NCBI RefSeq assembly: GCF_000400465.1
Contig: NW_008806299.1
Location: 56,646 to 88,645, forward strand
DNA from: Wallemia ichthyophaga EXF-994
Taxonomy: Eukaryota > Fungi > Basidiomycota
DNA: 32,000 nucleotides
Reading direction: 5' to 3'
A model generated the notes under the pieces. It was not told where the DNA came from, searched no databases, and was given only the letters and a program-made list of their open reading frames with translations. Each line of letters opens with the position of its first letter. Within the stretch, counting starts at the first letter, position 1. This document shows positions 1 to 10,341 of the stretch, one piece after another. The translations under genes and the position numbers were made by a program.

Positions 1-1
1 G

Positions 2-536
2 ATGGATTCCCCACCGATATTTTTTGTGAAAATGTCCATTTGGTCCAGCAAGATTGTGTTGCGTACAGAGCCGCAGCAACAGGTTATCGCAACTTCAATG
101 ACGAAGAAGCTGAGCTGGACCAACTATGACATCTTCATCGGTGGGTGTGTATTGTGAGACGCTTTGAATCATGTTGATAGCTAATGGATTAGGCGAGCGC
201 GCTATTGCTGTAGATAGTCACAGCTTCTGGTCTGCCATGTGGTCATCAAAGCGCTTCTTCACTCTCCCGAGTGGGCTTAAATGCGTCGCAAAGAGGAGAT
301 CGAAAACAATGATGAGCTTTGTCGTTACGGAGCTGCTCAACAATACAATTATTGCGACTTATGAACCTACGTCGTATTCATACAGGAAAGCAGGCGCCTT
401 GAGATTATTTGCTGTTGGACACGACCAACTCGATCTCACCGCAATTTTCATGGCGATAGTCATTATGATACGAATAGATAAGGATACGCAGGCAGGCATC
501 GCGTCTGGCGCTGTGGCGGGTGGCGGTGGGGGCTGA
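2..536 (+). CDS. Hypothetical protein, DUF6593/Tubby-C-terminal(LURP)-like; join(2..140,193..536), may extend 5' of the window
   Basis: The frame from ATG 2 (MDSPPIFFVKMSIWSSKIVLRTEPQQQVIATSMTKKLSWTNYDIFIG) joins ORF 171..536 in phase across a 52-nt GTGGGT..CTAAT..TAG intron. It is beta-rich with a hydrophobic C-terminal helix and an A/G-rich tail. The family call is by resemblance only. Confidence 0.6.
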
Positions 537-672
537 TAGTTGTAATTTATTCATATCCGATTCTAAGAGATTAAGCAGGGTGTTGAATGAGATGTTTGTA
601 AAACGATTCTCTTACTTGTGAGTCATTTATGTTTATTTGTATTCCTTGTCTTGAACGCCCAATACACTTCAA

Positions 673-1457
673 ATGACAAATAGTTCATTTTCACAGCGCT
701 TCCTTACGACATCCGTTGGATCGTCTATCCCAAACTATCGGTGAAAGACGTGAGGACCATGTTCCTTGTTTGCAAAAAGTTTGCCTCTATCCCGGCTGAT
801 TTTGGAGGACGAAACTATTACAGAGAATGGATGATTACTTCTGGCAAGCAAGACTTTGATGTCCAATTTCATCGCAAGGCTTTAAGTTCCTCTAGAATGA
901 GAAATTTCACCGAGCACCTCCAGATTAACTTCAACTTTCTGAGTGACGCAAACTACCTATCAGCAGTATCTGAATTAGGTTTCGCAGTTTCGAAAATGTC
1001 GAAACTCCAATCATTGCTCGTAGATTGCTCCGCAATAAGTGAAAGATACCATTCTTACAATGGTTATCGCATGAGGAACACTGATAATTTGATAAGCTAT
1101 ATGCTCTCGAATGACAGAGTTGAAGAGCTCACCCTTGTCTTGAAAGATCCTAATGAAATCAGGCCAACAAAATTTTAGTTTGATGCGCTTCTCGATAGAT
1201 ATCCAAATTTGAAGGTGCTGGCAGTGCGCTTTCTGGAACATCAAGACGATGATCTTAAGGTTTTTATTGAATTGCTTTTAGCTTCATTACCACTACAAAT
1301 TGTTGTTGTGGCATATAAAAGTGGTAAAGATAACGTAAATGCAAGCTATAAGGTCTTTAAATCGAAGACAGTGACAACACTCGAAAAGGTCGGTGGCCAG
1401 CACGAATCCAGGTCATTTGCATCACAGCTCAAGCACTTCAAACGATTAATTCAGTAA
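673..1457 (+). pseudogene. F-box protein pseudogene (F-box + LRR-like body)
   Basis: F-box motif LPYDIRWIVYPKLSVKDVRTMFLVCKKF lies at 699-783 in the frame of ORF 741..1178. ATG 673 is out of frame by one base (T4 run at 688-691). An in-frame TAG at 1176-1178 is followed by FDALLDRYPN and ORF 1209..1457 in the same frame. Confidence 0.7.
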
Positions 1458-1897
1458 GACTATTGAGTATGTGAAATCGCTTCATCTTGTCTTGACTATA
1501 TAATGCATATAAATTGATATCAACTTTGCATCCGCTAAGAACTCAAGACCCTTTGCACACACAGGCTGAATCAGGCACACGAGTGATACATTTATTTATT
1601 ACAAATCGAAGGTACGAAAACAAATAAGTCCGGGGAAGCAATCTGCATAGATGTTACTATATTTAATATCTTCATCTCGCTCGGCTCCAATATTTCTCTC
1701 GATTATTTATCTCAAGTAATTGCATGATCGATGAAGTGCTCGGATTAATTTGCAGATAAACACCTTAAAGACTGTGCTATATCAAAACATCACCAAAAAC
1801 CCAGAAGAACCACCGATTCCTCCTTGAAAAGTCTTTATGCGCATGCCAGACGATCCCCAGCCGCTCGGGTAATTTCATCCCTTTAACTTCCAACTTC

Positions 1898-3962
1898 ATG
1901 AAACCCAAGCGCAACAAAAGGAGATCTATTAGAGCTTGTCAGAGCTGCCGCAAGTCAAAAACCAAGTGCGTAATCCTCGACAACAGCGATAGGTGCAGGA
2001 ATTGTGTAATCAAGAATTACCAATGCGTTGGCATTGAAGAAGATCGGTTAGTCCCGAAAATGCTAGATTTTACTCCCACTGACCACCACCTCCAGTCCTA
2101 CTCGAGGCGCTGATAAGAAACCAAGGAAAGCTTACAAACCACACGGAATCTCCCCAGACAGCGAAGACGATGCTCACGAAAGGCCGCGATCATCCAGGCG
2201 ATCAAAGCAGAGTGCCTCGAATCACACCCCAGCCAGCAGCGCTTCTTCATCTTCCTCCAATCAGCTCGTTCGACATCACAGCAGCGACAACGAGAGCGAT
2301 GAGTATATTCCACAACTTTCTCCATCTGAAAGGAAATTTAAAATTCCTGATACTGCCCTTCTCAATAAGCCCTTTGACATAACGAGTTTACCCGAATTCG
2401 CAACACATCAGTCAAGCAAGACTTCCATCCTCAAGACACCCTCGACAGACTACCAGCAGTACTCGTTTTGGCCGACTCTGTTTTCTGAGACTGGCGGGAG
2501 CTTGAAAGGTCTTATAGCAGAGATCTGGAAGGTGTTTAGCAAATCCGATTTGATCGCTGTGCTGTTCCACCTTCCCTCACTCTACAAGAAGCTCAATATA
2601 CCCTCAAAGAGGGCAAGCCTAGAGCCGTCACTGATATGCGCACTTTTGGCAGTGTCTTATTCGGTTCAGGGAGCGTCTGACAGAGCTGACTCGGGTATAC
2701 TTAAGGGCAAAGCGGCATACTACGCAGACAGTGCTCACACATATTTAATTACAGCTGTCAACGCATCCAAATTCTCCCTGGGTATCGCACAGGCCGCTGT
2801 ATGCCTCCACTACTATGAATTCCTCCCCAATGAGACTTTTAGCACTCAAAAACTAGGCTCAGCGATTATAATAGCCGATATTGTTATCAGCAAGCTTGCT
2901 CTCACTTCGATAGATGCTCATCAAGTGAGTTGGGTGTTTGACGACGACGGTATCCCCGTTAGGACAGTAGATGTCGGTAGCGACGACACAGACATACATA
3001 CATACGTTCAACAGGCTGGGTGTCTATGCGACATCATCCGAGAATCTAATGAAAACACTCAAGATCGACCGGGCGGTTTTGTTTTACGGGTCATTACGCG
3101 CTTCTCTGGCAACGACGCATCGGACGAGGAGATAGAGAAGGAGGAGGTGCGACGGACAGTGTGGGCATCGCTGAGCCAAGCATGGAAACAAACTCTTTTC
3201 CATCCCGTCATGCCCCTGCACATAGCAGACAGCTCAAATTACGGCATCTTCCTCTCTTCCGAGAAATGGATATCGAAACTTCCGAGTCCACACGAGAGGA
3301 CATGGTCTAGGAGGACTGTGCCGGCTCTGCTGGAGAGAGTGAAACTTCTTTGCCTGGGGGCTATCAGATTGCGCGCTCAGCCGCTAGAATTCCATGCGAG
3401 AGCTACCAAGATTATACTGGCAGCTGAGACCATCGAGATGGAATTGTTCAAACACACGTGTAGAAATATTATTCCGATCTGGCAGATAAGAAATATTGCC
3501 TTCATGATACGGCTGATTTTAACGGCAAAACTACAGGCCATGACGAAGAAGTTCATCGGCCCAAAAAGTTACTTTACTAGGAAGCAGGTGATAGCTTGGC
3601 TTAAGGGTCACGAACTACTTTACAATAACCATCTCCGTGCCATTTTGAAGGAGACACCAGTTATTTTTGGCGCCTTGAGCGTGCAGGCCCTGCGTTGCTT
3701 GGATATCTTCGAACTCGACAGAGATGTAGTCGGTGCGTTGCGCATCTCTGGATCAATGACTGATGCCGTCCAGTCAATTCTCTACTTCCACCCATGCCAG
3801 TCAACAGAAATAGAAGCGCTATTGCGAAAGCTGCGGCTTATCAATTTCGAAGACGAATGCATTCGTCAGAGCAATAAACCACAGCATCCTGAGCCACCCC
3901 CGCCCACCTTCGACGATCTCACTTGGTGCATAGCTCAGCTAAATATAACAAATGACAAATAG
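1898..3962 (+). CDS. Zn(II)2Cys6 fungal transcription factor, about 671 aa; join(1898..2046,2096..3962)
   Basis: CQSCRKSKTKC-x8-CRNC-x6-C cluster. A 49-nt GTTAGT..CTGAC..CAG intron gives DRPTRGADKKPRK and an open frame running into ORF 2502..3962 (middle-homology-like helical region). Confidence 0.9.
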
Positions 3963-4160
3963 CCTTAAATAGAATGGGCTTTATGAAAAATTATACGTTC
4001 ACAGCAAAGCAAAATATAATACGTTATAACTCCACTTAATTATATCAAATGTACTTTTCACTTAATTCCTTGGTTTTTGATTTTTTAAGGCCCGGTAATG
4101 AAAAGCTCCGGAGATGCGCTGTTAAGTTATTCTCATTAATTCCGACACCACGTCTAAAAG

Positions 4161-6128
4161 ATGTTTTTCAAGGCTGAAGTAGCATTGTTAGCGCTGTTCA
4201 GTAGTAAAGGTGTGGGTGGACTCATGGGTGACTCGCCGGGCGGCCCCCCAATGCACGAAAAGAATGCAAATCAGGGTGTCAAAAAGATCACCCTCGAGGT
4301 CACTGAAATGGTTACAAGCTTAGATGGCGGGAAGCCACGAGAAATGTTCGCTATCAATGGCAGGCCGTTCAACGGCGCCGAACCAATCGTCGTTGACGAA
4401 GATGACGTGGTGGAGATAGATTACATAAATAATGCGCATACAAATACTACTCTCCACGCACATGGTATTACTCAAAGTGGTACAATATGGTCAGATGGAG
4501 TTCCAGGCGTGACTCAAACCTATATTGGAAGTGGTGAAAATTTCACGTATCAATGGAACGCGGAGTATGGAATGTATTGGTTGCATGATCACTCACGTGA
4601 GCAGTACCAAGATGGTATAGCTCTTCCAGTCTACGTCCGACCAAACGACAATCGTCCAAAGCCTTTCTATCAGCTCACAAACGACAATAACGCAATCGAG
4701 TCACTCGAAAAGCAAGACAGAGATCCGCAGATTATCATGCTGGCTGACTACACAACGCTTAACAGCACTGAACAGAAGCGATTGTCTGAAGAGTGGCATT
4801 CAGAATTACTATGTTACGACGCTGTACTCATTAACAACCATGGACGCAGAAATTGCCCAGCTATGGATAAGCTGAGAACGTATGCATCCGAAAATAAAAA
4901 TGGGCTGATTGATGGCTCCTACATCACCGCCAAAGGATGTCCGAACATTACAGAAAGCACTCCAGCAGTGCCTGACGATATAGAGCTCGATGCAGATGTG
5001 TGGTTTAACTGCGAGGAGACCAACACGACTACTCCAAAGTTTGAATTCGAGTATGTTGACGATGGCAATGAGCAATGGGCCGTCCTACATATGGTTTCCG
5101 CGGCTAGTCACTGGTCTTACATCGTTTCAATCGATGAGCATCCAGTTTATCTGTTTTCTCAAGACGGAAGATATCACAGCATGCCGTCTGCAGAGCCTGC
5201 CGATGCTTTTGAGTTTGTTATTGGAGAGCGTCTGGGAGTTGCTTTTAAATTACACACAGCAGGCGAATATGTAATGCGAGTATCTGTTTGGAACGCACCT
5301 CAGATTCTGGCAACACACGCAATCATCAGCTATGGTAATAACAACAACGTTCGCTACGTGAAGGAGGAAGGGCTTCCTGCGCTGCCTGATTCCAAGCCAA
5401 CTATTAACTACGGAGGTGGATTGGTTAAGGAGAACGCGACTGTTATACAATCAACTCAACTACGTGCATACGATGCGCCAAATGTACCCAAACCTCACGA
5501 GAAAGCTGACAAGACGCTAATTTTCACATTGCAATACGACGGGACGTTATACTGGGGTATGTCAGACGAGGGAGCTGTAGTTGAACGGTACAATATCACC
5601 GAAAAGCAGACCGCTGAGACACCTGCACTTTTCGATCTGGAGTCATACATTGGCTCGTCATCAACCGCTCACTACCCAGCCGGTAGCGTTGTAGACGTGG
5701 TGTTTGTCGTTAATGGAACAGTTCCTCAACCGCCTCACCCGATGCATTTCCATGGGCTTCACAGGCACTTGCTTGGTAGCGGTACTTTGGGGCTGATGAG
5801 CTGGAACTACACTGATGTGGCGGATTTCGATGCTCACAACCCTGATGCTATCAACTGGGAGGATCCAGCTTACGTCGACACGTTCAACACGCCATCTTCC
5901 ATGCCTGATGCACCCTCCTACCTCGTTACGCGCTTTGAAGCTGGAGAAGCAGAGCCTACGCTCTTACATTGTCACATTGGTTTGTGGAAGCTAATTTATC
6001 TCATTTTGTCTCACATTGTCTCAGGATCCCATAAAGCGGAAGGAATGGAATATCTTCTCATAGCGGAAGGAAAACAGCCTGAGATACCAGAATACTACAG
6101 AATCCAGGCCGGTCAAGTTGACTATTAG
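4161..6128 (+). CDS. Secreted laccase-like multicopper oxidase; join(4161..5979,6025..6128)
   Basis: Copper motifs HAHG, WLHDH, HPMHFHG and HCHIGSHKAEGM (the last after removing a 45-nt in-frame GTTTGT..CTAAT..CAG intron). Hydrophobic N-terminus. No C-terminal TM helix, so not Fet3-type. Confidence 0.92.
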   Translation: MFFKAEVALLALFSSKGVGGLMGDSPGGPPMHEKNANQGVKKITLEVTEMVTSLDGGKPREMFAINGRPFNGAEPIVVDEDDVVEIDYINNAHTNTTLHAHGITQSGTIWSDGVPGVTQTYIGSGENFTYQWNAEYGMYWLHDHSREQYQDGIALPVYVRPNDNRPKPFYQLTNDNNAIESLEKQDRDPQIIMLADYTTLNSTEQKRLSEEWHSELLCYDAVLINNHGRRNCPAMDKLRTYASENKNGLIDGSYITAKGCPNITESTPAVPDDIELDADVWFNCEETNTTTPKFEFEYVDDGNEQWAVLHMVSAASHWSYIVSIDEHPVYLFSQDGRYHSMPSAEPADAFEFVIGERLGVAFKLHTAGEYVMRVSVWNAPQILATHAIISYGNNNNVRYVKEEGLPALPDSKPTINYGGGLVKENATVIQSTQLRAYDAPNVPKPHEKADKTLIFTLQYDGTLYWGMSDEGAVVERYNITEKQTAETPALFDLESYIGSSSTAHYPAGSVVDVVFVVNGTVPQPPHPMHFHGLHRHLLGSGTLGLMSWNYTDVADFDAHNPDAINWEDPAYVDTFNTPSSMPDAPSYLVTRFEAGEAEPTLLHCHIGLWKLIYLILSHIVSGSHKAEGMEYLLIAEGKQPEIPEYYRIQAGQVDY

Positions 6129-6258
6129 ATATATTCCCTCAATAGAATTTTTTTTACCTGAACCTAATACTTGCACGATAATGCTTTGTATTCTACTAAA
6201 TTAAATTGGTATACCTGTTTTTAAGGAAATATCCATCAATTTATCTACAAGAATCCCA

Positions 6259-7395
6259 TCAAAGCTTCGATGCTGCTATACCTTTGGGTGGGATTGGTGA
6301 CTGATCTTTGTCAAAATAGATCTGTTCGCCTGATCTGAAGGCCATCTGCAGACCTACACAGATTTTGCTTGCGATGTACGCGTCGTCAATTTCAAGCGGA
6401 AGAGGGGAATTGTCGAGCACAGCGCTGGTGAACTCCCTCATTTCGTTCGAGAATGCCTCTCTGAACCTATCGAAATAGTCTTGCGTTGTTTGCTTGCGAT
6501 ATCCATGCTCATCTGCAAGAGTGACACGGTTTATGGCACTGTCAATGTTGACCTTGATCATTCCATTCTCGCCCGTTATTTGCGCCCAGCATTCGTGTCC
6601 ATGGATTGCAGTTCTCGAGAGGTACAAGTTGGCAAGTTTGCCACTTTCGAAGACTACAGTAGCGACTGAGTTGTCAGCATCCTTAGACTCGGCTAATCCA
6701 TGCATTCTTGCATTGTAGCCTGCAGCAAACACCTTCTTGACCTTCTCATTTGGTCCCATGTACCACCTCATCAAGTCAACATCGTGAATCCCGCAATCGA
6801 CCAGTATTGATCCGCTAACCTTTGAATACCCGACAAAGAAATCAACAATCTCAGCGTTGTACTGGTCATTGGTGACGCCATAGTAGTGAAACACATCACC
6901 CAGCTCACCGCCCTTCACTCTGTTGAATGCTTCTCTGTAGCTTTCGTCGAAACGGCGAGACATACCCACCAAAATCTTGAGATGCGGATTCTTTTTGGCC
7001 TCTTCGACAACTGGTAGCGCATCGTCCAGGTTCACGGCTATGGGTTTTTCAAGCAACAGATGTTTACCTGCCTTGATAGCCTTCAGAGCGAGAATCGGAT
7101 GTTGGGTTGTGTCGCTAGCTACCAAGATGGCTTGGATGGATGGATCGTTGATGACATTTTCCTCGCTTGTGAAGCGCTTGACCTGCTCACCCAATACGGC
7201 CCTAGACGCTTCAAGGACCTCCGTGCGTGGGTCGGCCACGGCTACTAATTGAGCACGTGGCTCCTTCACCACCTGTACTGAATAGTATGAGTGTGTTGAA
7301 TAATTTAGTAGGGGTCTACGTACGTTTAAGGCATGTCTCATTCCCATTCTGCCGATGCCTAAAACGCCAAAGCGGAGTGTGTTGTTCGTAGTCAT
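6259..7395 (-). CDS. Gfo/Idh/MocA NAD(P)-dependent oxidoreductase (myo-inositol 2-dehydrogenase-like); exons 7395..7324 and 7272..6259
   Basis: Rossmann GVLGIGRMG, LLEKPIA, GMSRRFD and DCGIHDVD motifs. A 51-nt in-frame GTACGT..CAG intron sits at 7323-7273. Confidence 0.9.
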   Translation of the reverse strand: MTTNNTLRFGVLGIGRMGMRHALNVRRPLLNYSTHSYYSVQVVKEPRAQLVAVADPRTEVLEASRAVLGEQVKRFTSEENVINDPSIQAILVASDTTQHPILALKAIKAGKHLLLEKPIAVNLDDALPVVEEAKKNPHLKILVGMSRRFDESYREAFNRVKGGELGDVFHYYGVTNDQYNAEIVDFFVGYSKVSGSILVDCGIHDVDLMRWYMGPNEKVKKVFAAGYNARMHGLAESKDADNSVATVVFESGKLANLYLSRTAIHGHECWAQITGENGMIKVNIDSAINRVTLADEHGYRKQTTQDYFDRFREAFSNEMREFTSAVLDNSPLPLEIDDAYIASKICVGLQMAFRSGEQIYFDKDQSPIPPKGIAASKL

Positions 7396-7985
7396 TTGTG
7401 TCTTATTTTGTGTTAATAGTGCTTGAATGAAAAGATCGCATTTGGCAAGCTTGATTATATACGCATGATGTCACTCCGACGACCGGATAGAGCGGACTCA
7501 GCTTAGGTACAATTAATATGGGGAAAGCTTGAGCTATGTGGAGCACATTTGCTCATCGCTATAATTCTTTAGCAGGTCGTTGTAGATGTCAGACGCTAGA
7601 GGCGTCGGAGAGATCAACGAGCGTTGGGTATGGACCCCGTTCACCATGACGAGCATTGCAAGGAGTATATTCATGCCATTTATATTCAAGATTGCTTGAT
7701 TTGGATTTCCTGCAAAGATGGAAAAGGATGTGTCAAGTGTAGTAGATGCGATATTGATCTTAAGCAAAGCTTGCGTACATAATTTCACAATCAAAACCTA
7801 TCTATTGCATTTTACACTGACAATCTGGCGTTCTTTCTCGATAAGATAAGCCAAGATAGGTGAGTCATAAATGACCGAGTCATACAGCCTCAATTAAGCT
7901 GTTTATAGCAAATTCAAACCATCTGTCATCATCATGATACCTAACCATTATAAGTGTGAGTGCTGCTGAGTGCTGAGTTGGAATA

Positions 7986-8204
7986 ATGCGTTTACCCCCT
8001 TGCATCTCAGACAAAACTCACTTCTGCAACGTCTGCGAAATGAATTTTACTTACGAGCAGCTGATCATGCACCACTCTTTTGTAGAGAAATACCACTGCC
8101 CGCGGTGCAAGCATGGTTTCGCCAGTAAGAATGCGCTCGAACACCATCTCATTGATCATTACATGGGTGATCTGCAGTATGAAGATGAGTATCCACATGC
8201 TTAG
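7986..8204 (+). CDS. Small C2H2 zinc-finger ORF, possibly a truncated or degenerate gene
   Basis: CNVC..F....L..H (one residue short of consensus) and CPRC...F.....LEHHLIDH. Coding-like sequence continues downstream in another frame (8113..8433). Confidence 0.5.
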   Translation: MRLPPCISDKTHFCNVCEMNFTYEQLIMHHSFVEKYHCPRCKHGFASKNALEHHLIDHYMGDLQYEDEYPHA

Positions 8205-8989
8205 TCTGTGCATTAAGTCTATTTATTCCTCAATTCGGTTTTTAGTTACTGCGATACAATGTATCGATTCTCCACATTCTGGCCATTCTAATTGCTTAAT
8301 GATTTACCAAGAAACTCTCTCAGCTGCGTTTCCGTGGGTTGATAGCATCCGTCTATCTTCTCTCCTCTTTGGAAATAAAAATATGCTGGCAATGAGGACG
8401 CTGCACCCATCAAGTCAGATATGTAATCTGTAGGAGCGTTATGAGCGGGGCTCTTCATCCGAACACCACACCCACGGAATTTCATCCTGTTTATAGAGAA
8501 CTGTGGCTGTAAGAGAGAGTATGTGTACCGAAAGTAAATCACCCACAAATATGGCATTCTTCTCGTTTTCATTAGATATAGACTGTGGTGAGTGTGAGTA
8601 TGTATTTTCTGTGATCCAGTTTCGCACCTCGAACAAATCACCGCTGCATGTGATATGTGAGTCTGAGCCTATTAGCCACTCGCAACTCACGCCTCGTCAC
8701 TGAGTACGCGTATGCATTAGAAACGCGCCTCTCAAATAAACCCATCTCACCTGTCTCTAACTTCCACGATTACTGGCTTCTCTGCGATGAGCTGTTTCTA
8801 GAGTGAGAAGTGCCTTACAGAAGCCCACAGCACCCGCCATATGCTCCAGATCACTCTTGCTAACAACTGGATATACGCCCATCTTGAATGTTAGTTGTCG
8901 GTTTAAATGTTCAGTTGTGGGTTATCTCAAAATTGATATCACCTGCTAATATATTACATCATACAGTTACAAAGTAAAGAGTGTATAAG

Positions 8990-10135
8990 TTATTTTGATT
9001 TTGGCGTACTGGTGTGGCTTGGCTGGGTTGTAAGGGCATTGGGACTGTGGGAGTGGTGCTGTACACCATATAATCCGTTTGCACTCTCGCTATCTAGCAG
9101 GGAGTACTTTTTTTCGTTTACGTGTGTAGGCGGGGGCGTCTGCGGGTGCGGGAAGAAGGTATTAAGCGTGTTGAGTGAGGTTCGGCGGCTGCGATCCATG
9201 TGTGTAAATTCCAACTGATCTGAGTCGCCTGGCTTATCGCGTGACTTGTTTAATCCTAGATAATGGCTCAGAGCTGCGAGTATGTCTGCCTGTATGAGGA
9301 AGAGCGTGAATGCAATCAATCCGGTACTCGCAAATACGAGAGTTGACGACGTTTTTACTCCATCGTACCCTCGCAAGCTCCAGCAGTGCAAGGTGATGGA
9401 TGTGAGGGAATAGAAGAGGAAGAGGAGGATGCGCGCGGTGAGTTGAAGGTTCACTGACCAGTGCACTTTCACGAGTCCACGTTGGCTTGCACGTAGACGG
9501 ATGAGGATGCCTGCAAGCCAGAAGGCGAGTATCATCACCATTATCATGACGATGAGAGCTACTACGGTAGCGGCGATGTTGAGTGGTTCGTGCCTGCTGT
9601 CACAGTAGTAGGGCGTCCGATGTACCATAGACCGGTCATCGAGGAATACCCCCAGATATGCAAAGCTGTGGACGTGTGAGTAGCCGTGTTCCTTCTCTTG
9701 AAAGTAGACCCACAAAAAAGGAATGCCGACTGCATACGGGAAGATGACAAGCGTGATGTTGTCGAGATAATGTAGATATTTGGAGATTTTGGTCGAAGCT
9801 GCGATGTTGGTCGATACCCAGAACTTGGTGACGCACATAAGCGTCGTCGAGCTATTCATTACAGTGCCTGTGAGCCTAAACACAGCGTTGATTATTTGTA
9901 AGGATTTGGGCGGATGCGGATCTTCCATATGTTGCGTCCAGCAGAGGATAGCGTCGAACCACAGGGTGACCATGAAGATCAAGTAGAAGTTGATGAGGAC
10001 GCCGTGCTTGTGCAGCCGCTGCGACGCTAGTGTTAATATAAGTAGACATGCGTGCCCGACTGCTGCGATGATGAGAAGACTGTAATACGCCCTGAGATGG
10101 GTCGCGGTCGCTACGGGCTCTGGTTCTCTATCCAT
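8990..10135 (-). CDS. Orphan multi-pass (about 7TM) GPCR-like membrane protein; exons 10135..9714 and 9665..8990
   Basis: About seven hydrophobic segments, Cys in predicted extracellular loops (LCWT, PYYC) and a S/T/P-rich cytosolic tail. A 48-nt in-frame GTGGGT..CTCAC..CAG intron at 9713-9666 interrupts TM4. Confidence 0.75.
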   Translation of the reverse strand: MDREPEPVATATHLRAYYSLLIIAAVGHACLLILTLASQRLHKHGVLINFYLIFMVTLWFDAILCWTQHMEDPHPPKSLQIINAVFRLTGTVMNSSTTLMCVTKFWVSTNIAASTKISKYLHYLDNITLVIFPYAVGIPFLWVYFQEKEHGYSHVHSFAYLGVFLDDRSMVHRTPYYCDSRHEPLNIAATVVALIVMIMVMILAFWLAGILIRLRASQRGLVKVHWSVNLQLTARILLFLFYSLTSITLHCWSLRGYDGVKTSSTLVFASTGLIAFTLFLIQADILAALSHYLGLNKSRDKPGDSDQLEFTHMDRSRRTSLNTLNTFFPHPQTPPPTHVNEKKYSLLDSESANGLYGVQHHSHSPNALTTQPSHTSTPKSK

Positions 10136-10311
10136 GGGTATTTTCCTCAGAACATTGGATTTCTGTGCAGGTGTGATGGAGGTTTGTGAGCGCCAGTTTT
10201 ATCGCGAAACGCTTTTCGCTTCAACGTAAGGAACGTCGGAAATGAGGAGAATGGCCCTAGAAATAGGAAATTAATTTGAGCGCAGTTCATGTTGTAAACG
10301 TGCGGAGAACT

Positions 10312-10341
10312 TGTGGGACGGTGTGGGACGGCGTGGGATGG
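10312..10341. repeat. 3 x 10-bp tandem repeat (TGTGGGACGG TGTGGGACGG CGTGGGATGG)
   Basis: Read directly from the sequence, about 180 bp upstream of the 7TM gene ATG. Confidence 0.9.

Noticed and set aside
7534-7794. 86-aa minus-strand ORF and a Cys-rich plus-strand frame in the same interval
   Set aside because: No recognisable domain and no canonical ATG, and the conflicting strand signals leave it unassignable.
8288-8703. Overlapping short ORFs on both strands (8288..8641, 8439..8690, 8503..8703)
   Set aside because: No motifs or splice-supported structure. They are treated as chance ORFs.
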